Source of the DNA: Microbotryum violaceum
Taxonomy: Eukaryota
Assembly: GCA_001244265.2 (NCBI GenBank)
Contig: CDLV01000018.1
Span: forward strand, 62,001 to 126,000
DNA length: 64,000 bases
Direction: 5' to 3'
Shown here: positions 22,751 through 37,433 of the stretch, in pieces
Layout: each line of letters starts with the position of its first letter
Position numbering within the stretch: the stretch's first letter is position 1
Notes under the pieces: model-generated
The model's input: only the letters and a program-made list of their open reading frames with translations
What the model was told of the DNA's origin: nothing
Databases searched by the model: none
Made by a program: the position numbers and the translations under genes

Positions 22751-25700
22751 CTACAGCCAAGGGGCGAACTGTTAAAGATGCAAGAACTCGTGATTAGCGA
22801 TCAATGGTCCCTCGGGTGTGGAGATGACAGCCTCGTCGCGGAGAATGACAACATACAGTAGGTTCCATCTTGGATAGATTCTGGACGCTCGTCGCGGACA
22901 ACAAGAGCTCGAGGATCGACTGATTGACGGGGACCGAAGCTGAGGGCGGCTGTAGATGAAGAGAGGGGGTTGACAAGGTCAATGACAGCGAGGATCAATA
23001 GATGCAGCGAGTGGTCGTGTGCTCGGACCGCACAGACACAGAACAGAGGCGCACCTTCTCGCGTTCCATCTTGCAGGACATAACCTTGGCGCGCTGCACC
23101 ACGACGTCGACGTTGCGCAGAACGAGCTCGCGTAACTGCCCTCGCGGATCGCTCTTCGCCATTTGTGCCCAAACTAGAATCTCCTCCCGCACAAAGATAC
23201 TCAGACGATGTTCAAAATCGAACTGCGAGACAACACACAGGAAAAAATAGAAGTGTCAGCAAGAAGCCCACCCGGCTGGAGCGGACGAATATTGGCAGTA
23301 TTCTTGATGACCTCTTGACTTACCTCCGATTCGGTCAAGCACCTGGCAATCGCCATCATTGAGCTAGTCAGAAGACCCTCGGTACCGATGGGGGTAATGA
23401 ACCTCTGGAAGTTTGGCGTGAAGCGGAATGGCACTGCTTCATTGTTGAAGAACTCAGGCTTGGTAGGAATGATCGCTGCAGAGGTGAAGGAGGTCAGCTC
23501 GTGGTTTCTTTTCTGTCCGCCATCCGAGACTAGAGCGCACGCTGCAACGCACAGGGCAACATGTCCGAAGTGAGAAGCTTGCCCGACGAGCGAGAAATAT
23601 GAACGCGCGACGGCAAACGCACGCCCATCGACATGACATAAGTCATAAAGATGAACGCCGCCATCTGGAGCGTCATCTCCCGACGAATATGCCACAGCTC
23701 GCTCGAGCTGGCCATCGATCGGATCATATATTTCTTAAGAATGTCATCTGGGACCATCTTGAGAGCAATCTCTTCAGCGATCTCTTGACGCGCATTCCAC
23801 AGCTCGGTTCGCTGTCGTGTGGAAATGAATGGCCGTCGGAGAGTCCGTCAGCAATGGTCTGCGAGAACACGAGAAACCAGAACTGCACTCGTCGATACTC
23901 ACACTGAGCGGAGGATCGTGATGATGAAGGGCCCTTACGCGCTCCGTGTGCGCAAGAATCGGGTCCTCCTTCTTGATTCCGGCCAAATCGCAGTGCTGCT
24001 CAAAAATGTCCTGCAAACTCGTGATGGAGGCATCGTTCTCGACCAAGCGTACATTGGGCGCAAGCGGGACCACGATGGGGATATTGAAAGCGAGGTTGCG
24101 CTTACGGCTCTCCTTCCGCATCGCCAGAGGACAGTTGAGCATGCGGAAGAGTTGCATGATGCGTTCTTCTCGACGCGAGGTGCGAGCGGAGGGTACTTGG
24201 ATCGCGAAGCGGTGCGTGCTGCCATCGTGGCCGAGAATCGTCAGACGGCGGAAGTAGATGCCGTGAGAGCGGGTGACGTCAAATTTGTTAGCAAAGTGGC
24301 TGATACGCACGAAGTTGCCATTGTTGTCCTCGTGCTACAGATGGCAAAGATGAGTAGAACGGTACCTATTAGCTTTCGTCCCAAGCGCAGACACCAAAGC
24401 AAAGGAGGGCGCAACCAACCATGAGATACTGCCCCGGGACCTCAATTTCGTCAAACTTCTGGTACTGGAACTCGACCAGCCAATGCGAAACAGCTTCGAG
24501 ATTGGCCTTCTTGGCCTTCTTGTCAAGCATGCCCTCATACCGGTCGCGCCATCTCTGGAGCCTCTGCACATACTGAGCGAGCGTCGGTTCCGAGGTGAGG
24601 AAATCCCGTACAAAGCTTTCTTTGATGGTAGGAGGATGGAGATTCTCGGCAAAGCGAGTGACGTTTGATATTGTGGGCGCCGCAAGCTTTCCATCGTCAT
24701 TGGGCATGCCGGCACGTGCCAGGAACTGCTGCAAACCGTCGGCGAGGAGAGCGCTTATGAGGCGGAAAATATCTTCGTCGGGTGTCGGTTTGAATCGAGT
24801 GGAGATCTGATCGACGATCATCTCCATTGACAGGGCCAGAAGTGGGAAAGCCGTCTTCAAGATAGACATGATTTCATCGACGTACTCCCACGGATGCCTA
24901 GGCCCGTTCGGCAACGGCGTCGGCGCTGGAATCGGCTCGTTGCGAAGTACGGCGGTGGCTTCGGCATCGAGACCCGCCGCTCGTGCCTCGTTCATTCGTT
25001 GGGCTTGAACGGCTTGGATGTGAGCGGCCATGTGCTGCCGCTTCGGCATCGAAAGATCTTCTCGCACCGTACGCAATTGAAAGAACAGCGACTGGCAACG
25101 GATGTGTACCAGTGGAAGTGTCAGCATCCGCAAATATCTCCGAGCTAGGGCAAACGAGGGCAGCAGCGACAGACCTGTGGGAAAACTTTCGCAATCTTCA
25201 AGAGGATCACCCGAGAATAGCGTGCCTCTCGCTGGGACAACGACAGCAGTAGCTGAGGGATGAACGTGATCCAGTACCACGTAGGAACCTCGCCCTTGTA
25301 GCTGTCGAATGCTTTGGAGATGGTGCCTTGCGCGTCGTCAAGGCTGAGCAGCCACAAGATGCGCACAAGCAACTTGCGGACCTTGGCGCTCTTGTACAAT
25401 CCGGCGGCCTGCAAGTAGCACGAGACGGCATTGCTGGCGATGCCGAGATCGGTGGGGTTCTCCTTGAACATGCGGTCGTGATATTCGCCCCATTCGGCCC
25501 AGGCCTTGGGGAAGGCCATTTCCATGGAGACGGCGAGATTGAATGTCTGGTTCGCTTCTTCGTGCAGATGCAGCTTTGCCAAGAACATGCCCTTGAGAGT
25601 GAAAAATTCGGCTTTTTGCGACGCGTTGAAGTACATGAGATTTGTGTTGTTGATGACCTCGAGACCTGACGCGAGCTCGGAGACACTCGCATAGTGGCAC

Positions 25701-28700
25701 TTGGCCTGCTCGCGAAGCTTGAGGAAAGCCTCTTGAATCTCGATGTTGGGCAGGGTGTAGATCTTCGTCAGCGAGGTGATACAGACCTCGTTGAGATGAT
25801 GCTTGCGAGCGACATGCGCAAACCGGTTAATGATCCAGGCCGTCTCGTGGAAGCCGCGGTAAGCGAACGAGCTCGCATTCTGCGGCTGACCAGGGGCGGC
25901 CTGCGGAACCAGAGGCAAGTACGTCGCGTTGATGGCTTGGAACACGTGTTGGCGCCAAGCAACGAGATCGCTCCACACATTGATGTCATCCCAGAGGTTC
26001 GGAAGTCGGTCTCGCCAAGTCCCAAGGATCGTCTTGAGTTCGTTCGAGCGTTGATCGAGGTTCGCCGCGTCGGTAGCATGGAGGCTGGCGAAAATAGCAT
26101 TCGCTTCTTGCAGCTCCACGAACTGTTGGAAGATCGTCAACAGCGGCACATGCGCTTGCGACACCGCCTCGGGCAGGTAGTACCATTTGCGCAGCGAGAG
26201 CTGGATCCCCTCGTCGCACAGCTTTGCGAACGCTTTTTTGGCCGAGCCATCGTTGTTGACGTCCTTGGGATAGGCGCGCAAGAGCGCCAAGTAGGCCTCA
26301 AAGACGCGACGTCGAGGCGTGGTGATCGGCGACATCGAGCTTAGTGTTTGTTCGATGAAATCGCGCTCGACGTTCCAGTCCGTGAGACGCCAGCTGCATT
26401 CGAGGAGCAGCTCCTTGTTGCCCTCGTTTTTGGCAAGATCCATGAGGACATCCCACTGCGCACAAGGTCACAAGGCGTGAAGAGGGCGTGAGCAAGTGCC
26501 AGAAAGTGGCACTGATCCGACAAAAACAGAGTCCGTCGACTCACCTGTTGCAGCTTTTGTGCCGTCACGATCCAGTGATCCTCCCACAGAGCCATCTCGC
26601 TCTCGGTGAAAGGTTGGACTCCACTCCGAGCGGTGATCTGGGCCGACTCGTACAGCACCTGAGCCTGTCCCCACTGGCCGATTTGCTCCCAACTGCGAGG
26701 CACAAAGTAGGGCAGATCAGTCACTGACCAGCAGACTCAGATACTCGCGTACCATTGACTGACCTGATTGCAGCGTTGGTCTCATTGTAGCTCGCACGTC
26801 GACGCCAGAGTCCGTAGAGTAGATCATCTTCGCTAAGCTCGCTATAGGTCTCGGCCAACGCATCCAGAGTCATTTCGCGCACGCTGTCCTCCTCCCTCGG
26901 ATTTTCCAGCGTCTCTTGAAGAAGCTCGAGACCTGTGTGCCAGACGTTGAAGGTTTTGGCGAGATAACGAACAACATGGGGAGGTAGTGTCGGCGCGGGC
27001 GAACAAGCAAGTACACCCGCTAGCAGCGTCTGAATTGCGTTTGGACGGCGGTCGATGCTCTTGAGATGATACTCCTTGGTGATGAGCGAAACAATGAGTC
27101 GGGTGAGATCAAGATGTTCGCGACGGTTAAGGCAAGCCCAGCTCGTCTTGAACGTCGATATCCAAAGCGCGTGTGTAGCCTGAGGATCGGCATAAAAAAT
27201 CTTGCGGGCGGCGCCGAGGAGCATACCAGAAGTGTAGCAGCTCAACACTTCGACGAAAGACGGTGGGGACGAATCATCGGTGTCCATCGTTGCATCGGGC
27301 ATCGCGTTCAGGACCGATTTTGGAGACGACGACACGAACAGCGGCTCGTCCGGATCGACACTGCCGAGAAGCAAATCGAGAGCTTGATGGATCCAGTAGG
27401 TATCGCCTAGGGGCTCCCAACTCTGGACTCCAAGTATGTAGTGTAAGCGACTGAAGAGAGATGTGGCGAGGCTGCCGTCGAATGTGGCGAGGAACTTGGA
27501 CCGCATGACCGGATCACGTGCACGGCATCCCATGAGAAAGGCGGGCTCGAGTTTCATTGTCAAGTCGGAGCGCGCAAGTGCTGGATTCGAGTAGATGTCT
27601 AGGATCAGTGAGAGATAGTCGCGGTGCAATGGCTCGTTCCCCCGTGCCTCGTACGCCATCATCTTGTGCAAGATGCCGGCTTTCTCCCTCATGGTCGGGA
27701 ACGGCTCATCGTGATCGGTCACCCACTTGCGCGTCATCTGGAGCAGGAATCGGCAAAGCTCGACATTGTTGGACTTCTCGACGAGCTGGACGATCGAACT
27801 AAGTAACCAACGGCGATGCTCGCCGAGATGAGAAACGCGCTGGCGAAGAAGCTCCAGGCTCGAGACGAGGAGGCGAAGCGTGGGGTCGCCTGGAAGTGGT
27901 GCTGTAGAAGTGCTAACGACATGGTCCTTGGTGTACTTGGCACACGCTCGAGCGATGAGGGAGATGAACTCATCCACGCACTCGGGTGATGCCTTGGCCC
28001 AGGCCTGAAGCACAAGCATTGTCGGGGGCATCTGCGTGATCGTGCCCAAATGTTTGTTGATCATGTTCCTCGCCCACTCAAAGAAGGCGACAACCTCGGG
28101 CGTTGCCTCGGTTCCCTCGCCGCCGACGCCCCTGGGAAGCGCGTCGAAGGTGCGCTCGAGAACTGGTCGCAACGCAGTCTGCAGACGCATCTCATTAATC
28201 ACCATGCTTGGTGCTCCCAACGGCTGGCCAGGGACGGATTTGCTTGGGGAAGGCACAGCGACGATCGAATACCCCTTATCGAAGATGAGCTGCAGCGTCG
28301 CGATGTTCGAGATATACCAATCGGGCGACTTGTGCAGAGAGACGACGTTCAATACCTCGGCCGAGTTGCAGAGCGTGACAAGCATAGGCTCCGGAACTTC
28401 GGTCTGTACGCCGGCGAAGGTGCGTTGAAAGAAGGCGAGCTTGACATGCAGATCGTTCCACACATTAGGACTAACGAGCTCCTTGAGCAGAACGAGCGCG
28501 CGCGCGACATAGTTGTTACGTAGGAATGCCTCCGGCGAGTTGGCGATGAATCGCAGCAGATTGTTGATGACTTGGTCACGCAGAACGGCGGGAACGGCAT
28601 AACCACCTGTGCGATCAGAAGTGCTAGTGGTAGAGGGCGCGGTCGAACCCGCGCGGTCCTTGCCTGTCCTCTTTGGCGAGCCTGCAACGACATCGGTTAA

Positions 28701-31700
28701 GTCCGCATCAACTTCCATTTTGGTCATCTCTTCGAGCTTGGCCGCTTCGATCCGCTTCTTCTCCCATTTGAGAATGAGCTCAATGACGTCCAGGGTGAGG
28801 ACGCGCGTATCAGAGGTCGTCGTGGAACTGAGCGTCAATTTGGCGAGCGAAGCGACCATATGTGGAACGAAGAGCTCGCGCGTAGGGTAGAACAGATCAG
28901 GATGTCGGACGATGAGTTGATAGATATTGACGAGCAGAGCCATGCTACCACTATCCTCGACGAGGATCTTGCGCGTCCATTTCGCCCAGTATGTCGAGTC
29001 AGCCGCGACGGAAGCCGGCCCGGCGCCAACTCCGGGACCCATCCGTTTGGGTAAAGACGGGGCCAGAATATCTAGTGCTTCACGAACGAGGGCGCGAGCC
29101 TCGGGTTGGTGGGCTTTGAGAAGCGCAACATAGATTTGGACAACGATCTTGCCCGGCGACTCGTAACGCTCGAGGAAGGACGCGATAAGCACATATGCTG
29201 CTTGCTTCACGGTAATGTCCTCGAGTTTGATTGTAACCCAGCCAAATTTGATGACGTCCTTCTTGTTTTCAAGAACCAAATGTGAGTAGGATTTGATCAA
29301 AAGCGTCGACATGTGGCATAGCTCGACCCGAAGTGCTTCGTCCTCAAAGGTTGCCAAGTCGGGTACGGTCGCCAACAGCGGTTGCCATACCTTGGCGTGG
29401 ACCTTGTTGATGAAATCCCCGTCGATCAGGTCGTTCTCGCCAGCACCTCGGGAAGAGGAGACGAGCAAAATCGGATTCGTGAGCATGCGTAACGCGGCCG
29501 TCTTGTGCGCCTTGGCCACCGCTGGATTCTCGAAGATGTCAATGAAGCGATCGAGGATTGTCCGCTTGAATTTTACATCATGGCTCAGAGCGACGTGCTG
29601 GTTGAGGAATCGCGTCAAGACGGTGAGATTGGCCGAGTTCCAGAAAGTGAAGGCGTCGACGACATGGAATAGAAGGTCGATGTGCTCCGCCTGTTCAAGA
29701 TACGCGATGAAGATGTCCAAAACAACGGCGTCCTCGCGCAATTGTTGGAAATGTGCATCACCCTCGGCCGCGAGCCGCTGCCGTCGAATGTCCGAGACCC
29801 AGCGAGTGATTAATTGGCCAAGCACACCCGAGCATTTGACGATCCACGTTCGGTCGATCTCGATCAGTTCGCGCATGACTAAGGCAGCATGATACCCGAC
29901 GTCGCCCTCAGATTCGAACGATGAGATGAACAGCTGATTGACTCCCAAAGTGATCTGGTCCCGGATCGGTTCCGAAAGCTCCGAGGCGATGACGGCGCGG
30001 AACGTGGTCACGAAGCGAGCGTCGGCGAGTCGCGTAAAGAAGAACTGAACAGCTTCGCCCGGGTACAAGCGAAGGTACTTCGTCAAAGGAACCGTGAAAA
30101 CGCTCGTCTTGAGCTTCTTCAGCTGCCGCTCTGCGTCTGCGACAAGGGTAACAAGTGCTTCGATGAAGATGTTCGCCGCCGGATGCGGCAAGAGGTGAAA
30201 AATGTTGATGATCGCAGCCATGATCTCCAGAACCCCGTCGTCGGACGATTGCTTCGTTGAGAGGCGTTGGAGATCGGCAGGCGTTGCAAGTGCCTTGAAA
30301 TGATCGATGAGCTTGTGACCGATCTCGACCTTGAAGTAGTTCGTCAACAACTGAAGAAGACGAGCAAGACCCTGCATTTAGAATCGGGCGCGGGGAAGAA
30401 TCGGAGCCTTATCGTCAGTCCGGAAAGTCCACACAGACTCGTAAACCTTGGCAAGACCTACCTGCAAACTCGCGACCGACAACTTCTTGTGATCCGCTAG
30501 GTTGACCAGTACAGGCTTCAGCCCTGATTGCAAGAGGTCTTTTGGTAATTTGCCTTGCTGCGCCATGACCTGCCTGAGGCTTTCGCATGCCGCGTCGACG
30601 ACCTCGGGCGCTTTGGCGTAGAGCAGCTTGAAGTAGACCGAGAGTGCTTTCAGTCGCGTGGGCTGGTGTTGCGGCTTGTTGAACTCGGAATTCGACAACG
30701 CAGCCGAAAGCAACTCGACGCACACGACCCGCAGTTGCGTCAATGGCGCCGTGGTCTTCGTCGTCATCTTGCCTCCCAGCAAAGCAGCATCCTCCGCATC
30801 GGCGATGCCGAGCGCCTCGTGCAGCAATCGAGATAGCTGCTCGTCGAAGTCGATCAACGGAGGGTCGAGAGTGATGCAGAATGTAACGGCGTCTATGTGG
30901 CCGATCTGCATCATGAAGCCGAGCGCACGCAACGGTTTGGTGAAGATAGGCGTAATCAGCCGATCCCGAACCGGCATCAATAACTCCGTCAGCGGCGTCG
31001 AAGTCAGTTCAGACAAGATCTTGAGAGCCTTCTTGACCGTCTCTCGCACACTCGAAATCTGACTACAAAGCTCGAGCAGGAGCAAGCCGACGAGATAGTT
31101 CAGCTGATTGTTAGACGCCGGAGTGTTCTCGCGCGCGCCCGGGCCTGAACAGACGCGGACAATGTGCAGTAGCGTATCCGACACTAGCTCGTGGTTGATG
31201 GGGGCTTCGCCAGGCATATCCTTCAGACTGAACAGGAGAGCGCGCGTGAACTCGATCTCGTGGTCCAATATCCACCGTGTCTCCAGCCCGACTTTGTCGG
31301 TCAGGATCGAAAGACCCATCGCGGCGCCCGTCTTGCGCTGCCATGAAGGATCGTAGCACAGGGACGAAAGGCGACTGCCAAGCTGATGCAGCAACGCCGT
31401 TGCCGGGTCAAGGCGGGGTGGCGGCCCCGTCATTGGGTTCGCCGAGGCAGTGGCAGCGGCGGCGGAGGCCGCCGTGGTCGTGGCAGGGTCGCGAGTCGCA
31501 ATGAGATCTTCGACGATCAGTTGCGTCTGCTCGGCAGCCTTGGGCAGGTCGGCATTCTCCACACCGCAGATGTTTTCGATGATTCCGTCGATGAGGGCTG
31601 AGCACAGAGGCAAAACTTGCTTGGCGTAGGCAGGATTCTCTGGCAACTCCTTTCCGAGCTCGAGAGAAAAGATGTGGCGCGCAAGATTGAAGACATAATC

Positions 31701-34700
31701 GTTCGCCTCTACAGCGAATTCTTCGACCCGTGTTGCATCGAATAGACCTTTCAAGATCTGGCCGAAGGTTTCCTCTGGTTGTCCGGCAGGTAGACCGTTG
31801 CGAAGGAAGATAGCGACAGCGTACTTGAGAAATGAGTAGGCAGCACGACGATAGTAGGGATCGCCGCGGCCGAGCATGCGCACGGCGACATTGACGATTG
31901 GGGCAATATGCAGGCTCGCGTCCTTGCCTTCGAATTTGACGTTGAGCAGAGCTTCGGGTCCAACCGGCTTCCACTCGAGCTTGGGAGGGCCAAAACCTTT
32001 ACGGTTACGACCTCCGATCTTGCCGAGGATGCGCATCGTAGTGTGAGCGTGTTGGTGGTTGAAGGGCAAAGGGCGGAGCAATTCCCAAAGGCCGACCATC
32101 ACTTCGTCGATCACCGGTGCCATCAGAGGGTTGAGAAACTCTTGCGTCAGGTTGTCGACGCACAGCTCGAGCGTGCGAAGGCCTTGGCTGACGAGTTCGG
32201 AGCTCGCCCGGAGTGCGTGCACGAGTGGCCGCATCAGGAAAGACAAGTACGGCAAAAGCACCGAAAGCCGCACGGGCACGGTCAGGATGAGCTCGGCGAA
32301 GAGATCCTTCTTCGACTTGTCCGCCGCTTTGAGCAACGCGTTCAGCTGTTCGAGCAGGCCCTGTAGCAACGGTAGCACTTCGTTGTACAAGATTTCGAAT
32401 CGGCCGCCTCCAATCGAGCGGAAGAGAGCGCGCAGCAACAGGTAGTAGGCGTGGGGTTCCGCGGCCTGGCTGGCGAGCTTGAGCGAATTCATGATCAAGT
32501 TCGAGAGGTGCGGAAGCAGAACGGGCTCGTTCTTCTCGGGGAATATTGTGACCGCCATGAACGACATCTTGTACAGCCGCAAAGTGACAGACATGTAATC
32601 CTTGTACTCCTTGCCCGCTTTGCCGAGATCTGGAAGTCTCGATGCGAGGAATCGGAAGAGAATCGCGACAAAGTGCTGCGAAACCATCTCGTTCGACAAA
32701 AGCGTTTGCGGTATAACGAGAAGCTCGTGGTTCTAAAGTCCGTGTTGAAATAATTTCCCAAGTCAGCCGTGAGCTCGCTGGGGGTTGATGTCTATTCCGG
32801 ATAGTAGAACCTGAGGGACACTCACCCGAATCAACTCGGTGAAGAAGAAGCCAATGCAATGCTCGATCACTTCTTGAAGGATGACAAGTTCGATCTGAAT
32901 CAGCGTCGAGCTGAAGACCTCCATGACCTCCTTCTGCTCGCGACCTTGATCGCGAGAAGAGTCGAAAAGGACCATGCACTTGACGGAGGCTCGGAAGAAG
33001 CGACACATCATCTCTGCGTCCGGGCCTTTGCCTTCGAGCTTGATGAGCGCGCTGGTGATCGTCTTGAAGCCGAAGAGGAGATTCCTGAACAGAAACCGTG
33101 CGTCTGTGGACAGCAGCGATAGGACGAAAGGCGCAGCGACGAAGGAAAGCCTGTTAGCGACTGCCGAATAAAGGTAAATGTTTGCTTTCTCAAAATCGAC
33201 TCACCCTTGATAGGATCCGGCCCAGGATCTGTCATGACCATAGCCTTCTTCATCGGCTTCGACCGCTCAATATCCACGTCGTCCAGCTCTGGTATCTGCA
33301 CGTCCTCGCCTGCGCCGTCATCATCCTTCTCCTTATCGTCACCTCCTTCAAGCTTCGTCCGAGCAGCAGCGGCATCGTCGTCGTAATTCATGGCATCCGT
33401 AGCGTCGGCGATCTGCGCGGCTTCCTTCTCCTTCCCTTTGCTCTTGCCCTTCGACTTGCCCTTGCCCTTGAGTGCCGTGGGAGGCGCGGCTTTGGACACG
33501 GCGCTCGCTTCGATCGACTCCTTGCGCTCGTCGCGCAACTTCTCGATCCTGGCCAATAGGTGCGGCAGCGGTTCGCGCGGTTTGGACCACTTGCTCCATT
33601 CGTCCCGGACTTCGGCGAGCGCCTCGATCTTGGACACGAAAGCGATGAGCATGCGCTGTAGGATCTTGATGGCCTCGCTCGGTTCTTTGGTTGCGATTGG
33701 CTCGATGAGGTTCAACAGCAGCTTGGAGCACATGGTCTGTATGGCGGCGGCCAAGGTCGGATCGTGGATGTTGGCCGAATAAGTGTGGACGATACGCGAC
33801 AGTTGCGACAGCGACAGCTCGCTGCGAACATGGTGGATCAAGTCGGCCAGCATCGAATAGGCGAGAGGGCGCAACGATTCGTAGCCTGTGACCGAGTTGC
33901 CGACGAGGACGTGGTCGTCGAGCAACGTGTCGATCTGACCCAGGAACGCGGACCGCAGCTCGCTCTGGAGGATGTGACGGGTTGCAACAACGAGATCACG
34001 CTTCATCGCCACCGCCTCGGATGGGCAATCCTTCATCAAGCGGACGGCGATGTCAGGGAGGATGTTGAGATAGGACGAAAGGGCGCTTTGCGACACTCGC
34101 AGCATGTAGGCAAGAAACGACATAGTCTGCGTAATGGAGAGGTGAGACCAAGTAATCAGCACGAAGCATCCAGTGGCACTTGATGAGAGAGGGTTGTGTA
34201 CTACCTACCTTGGTCTGCGCCAAGACCATATCCTGGAACGCCCCGCGCTTCGCCTTGGAAATCTCGGGGCATGTGCCGACCCAACTCTTGCCCGGCTCCA
34301 TACCGGCGTGCTTCCGCGCTTGCGGCGCCGCCTGGAGCTGCAGAAAGTCGAAGACGAGGGGCACGAAGATGGTGATTGCTTTATCGACGTAGGAGCGGTA
34401 CGTTTGAAAGATGAAGACAATCGCAGCTGGGCAGTCTTGCAGCAGCTTGAATGACTTCATCGCCGGGGCATGAATGACGGCCCCGGCTCCGCCCCCTTCA
34501 GGTCCCTCGATCGTGGGGGGTGCAGCCGCAGCGGGCGAGCTCGCCTCTTTGGACCCAGCGGTCTCGGATGAGAATGTCTCGTCGACGACGGCGCCCATGC
34601 CCTTGAACAAGTCGGCGACGATCCCGAGGAACTCGTCGACCGAGGCCTCGATCTTGACGGCGGTCGGATCGGGCATTGAGTCCTGGCCCGGGATGGCGCC

Positions 34701-35554
34701 ACTCGCGAGAGGGTGGGGCCCGCGAGAGTAGGTACGATGCAGGTCGATAATGACTTTCATGCACAAGACGGCGTTGTCCTCGTTCTCGATGCGCAGTAAT
34801 TTGAGGAGAAGGATCATGAGCGGGGGCGCATGGGACCGGAGTGGCTCGACGTGAGGCAGACGATGCAGGATTTGTATAAGCAGGTTCCGAAGCCGCTTTT
34901 TGATGGATTGATGTGACGAGTAGTTGAGACGAGTAGTTGAGACGGAATCGGAACCGGTGGTCAACCAGTGAAACGACCGAAGCGGCTTAGCCAGGGCCAC
35001 GCCACAGGCGCCCTACGACTCACATTCTCGGTTGAAGCTCCGGCGAACGAGGGCTTGCCGTGGGAGAGGATGTCGATGAAACAGGGAAGAAGTGTGTCAA
35101 AAAAGCGGGCAACGTCCATGTCACGTTGATACATATCGACGCTGTCCCTCAGCTCGGTTGCAATATTGATCTTGTGCTTTGAATCTGTCTCGATGAGAAC
35201 GTGTCAAGGCGTCAGTCGCAGCCGAGAGGAGACGGCGATGACATGTCCTATAGGGCACATCCGACCACGGGACCAGTGGTGGATGTACTGACCGAGTCCG
35301 GGGTCCGACAGCTTGGCGGCGATCTGTTCAAACTCCTGCCCGGCCAGCGCTGCACCGGCGGCCGGGCCAAAGGTCGATCCACCGAGCGCAGGTGCATGGA
35401 TCGAAGCACTCGCGGTGCCGGTTATGGTCGTCGAGGAGAAAGGAATCGCGCCATTGTTCAGGTTCGATGCAGTTGAGGCCCCAGCAGCGCCAGCAACCGC
35501 AGACGTGGAAGCGGTCGACTGCCTTCGAGCCGTGGCCGACGTCGAGCTCGCCAT
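22751..35554 (-). CDS. TRA1: Tra1/TRRAP PIKK pseudokinase (SAGA/NuA4 subunit), multi-exon
   Basis: [35 protein letters not shown] and [14 protein letters not shown] domain [24 protein letters not shown]; kinase-like RREERIMQL and [12 protein letters not shown] end MEPT/FAPWL* in the last exon at 22751-22768. Confidence 0.98.
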
Positions 35555-35861
35555 GGTCTTCGAGACGCGACAGAGTAGCGCGGCGTCAGATGTGACAGAG
35601 AGCGGGATGGAGGGACGAAGAGGAAAACGTCAGACTTGGAGGAGGACGAGTTGTGCCCCCTCGCACGAGCGATAAGTCGGGCGGGTCGGTGGCAGCGGTG
35701 AGGCCGTACACGGTAGGGTGGTGATGGTCTGATGGACGGGTGGGCGAAAGCTGCCCTGGCAGGCTGGCAGGCGAAAGACGCGGGCTGGCGCGGCGCGGCG
35801 GGCGGCGGCGGGCTGCATGGCTGCACGGTGCTGCACGCAGCACGGCTCAGCACGGGTAGTG

Positions 35862-36693
35862 CAGGACCCGGGAGAGCTCAGCCAAATGTGCATCTCGAAA
35901 AACAGCGATTTTAGGCCGATTTGTACATCGGGATAAGGTGTCTGAGGGGTCGATTTGTACCTAATTTGAATCGTACATTGGAAGAGTTCGGAGAACATAA
36001 GATATCGCTCTCCAACAGCCAGAAATATGAAAAATCGCTACAACGACCCGGTACTATCATCGCGTCGAATTTGACAGTCGGCCGCTCGGACCGGCCCGAC
36101 CACTCGTTGGCTATTTTGGTGATTCTGTGAATGTGAGGGCTGCATAGATCCCGTGGCTTTGACTTTACATAAATCTAACCCGTCTGATCAAGAAACATTG
36201 GTTTTGCATAATCGAATATGGAAATCTAATCAGGCTTGTTACAAAATTACGGGACTCTCTCTGTCTTCTCCTCTCCGAGTCTCTTCTCAGTTGTGCCTAT
36301 TCTTCAAAACTATATAGGGTTGGTGGTTGGGGCTCACACTTTTAGGGTCTCGTTTTTGTGGTTCTGTGAGCGTAGAGCTGCATAGATCCAGTGGCTCCGA
36401 CTTTGCCCAAGGCCAAATCCCTGTTCAAGAAGGATCAAAAGCCGGAGGCATACCGCCAAATCTCGAAAATCGTGACTTTTGTCGAATAATGAGGGATTTC
36501 GAGCACGTCGTCTAGGGACAAGTGAATACGTGACTCTAGAGGGACTTATAGATGACATGCTGTCCTCTTGTCCCTCAACAAGGGCACACACGGAAGTGCG
36601 CAGAACGTAGGACGATCGCGACCTGGCACAAGGTGAGGAAGGTCAGGGGCTATCAGGGGCGTCTAATAGCAGTTCGCCCACTTCCGGCGCCTT
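35862..36693. mobile_element. CAGGACCC-family element remnant including dispersed-repeat copy B
   Basis: Terminus CAGGACCCGGGAGAGCTCAGCC; GATTTGTAC at 35918 and 35952; internal repeat GCTGCATAGATCC(C/A)GTGGCT at 36139 and 36377. 36499-36693 is homologous to 3865-4064. Confidence 0.6.
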
Positions 36694-37433
36694 TCTGTAT
36701 TCGAACCTCGATTGGATGAAGCCGAATCAAATTTATAACGCTAAGAGTCGATAGCGCAGGACACTACCGACATTTGGCCTTACGCTGTGCACGAGGCGGT
36801 ACTGTCGTCTGACCAGTGACGGCCAATGGCTAGGCCAGGCTCTATCTGCTTCGAGTTGGCAGGCCCGGATTTTTTACTGCAATGGCTCCCAATTTGCGGA
36901 GTCCCCAACGTCCAGCGCTTGGATTGTGTATCACCTGTAGCATCACTATACAGTCTATCCTCGCCGCCGCCGCCATTGCAAGGCCTGCGAGAGTCACAGA
37001 ACTATCTGGCACTCGACTTACTCGGCCGGAAACTTGGAAGAGGAGTAAACTTCTCGGATGTATTGGCGATGGTTCCGGTACAGCACTGCAAATAGGTTGA
37101 GTGGGTCCACCGAGGATTTCGGGGCAAGCGCCCGTGTCACATCAAGTATCACCACTTGCAACACAAATACCGAGTTGAAATGTCGTGCCGAGTCCCGACT
37201 GGAACGACTCTCGACTCAACCAGAGGAGCTGATCAGTACGATCAGTACGATCAGTAGCTAATCTTCGCTGATCTCGGGACTGTAAGGCGACTTACTAAGG
37301 CGAGGTCTGGCGAATTTTGATGCATTTATAACCGGCGCCTCTTCACGTCTCTTCGCGCACGGCTGCCTCCGATGAAGCTACGGTAGAATCTCAACGCGAT
37401 CGTTGTATAGACTGCTCAACGTGGCCCGCGAGA

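Noticed and set aside
25694-33006. Long antisense and alternate-frame ORFs over TRA1
   Set aside because: Expected shadow ORFs of GC-rich coding DNA.
4422-35891. Inverted 30-mers at 4422 and 35862 as ends of one 31-kb element
   Set aside because: They face outward (a right end followed by a left end), enclose core housekeeping genes and show no TSD.
37231-37257. (GATCAGTAC)x3 mini tandem
   Set aside because: Simple slippage repeat with no further context.
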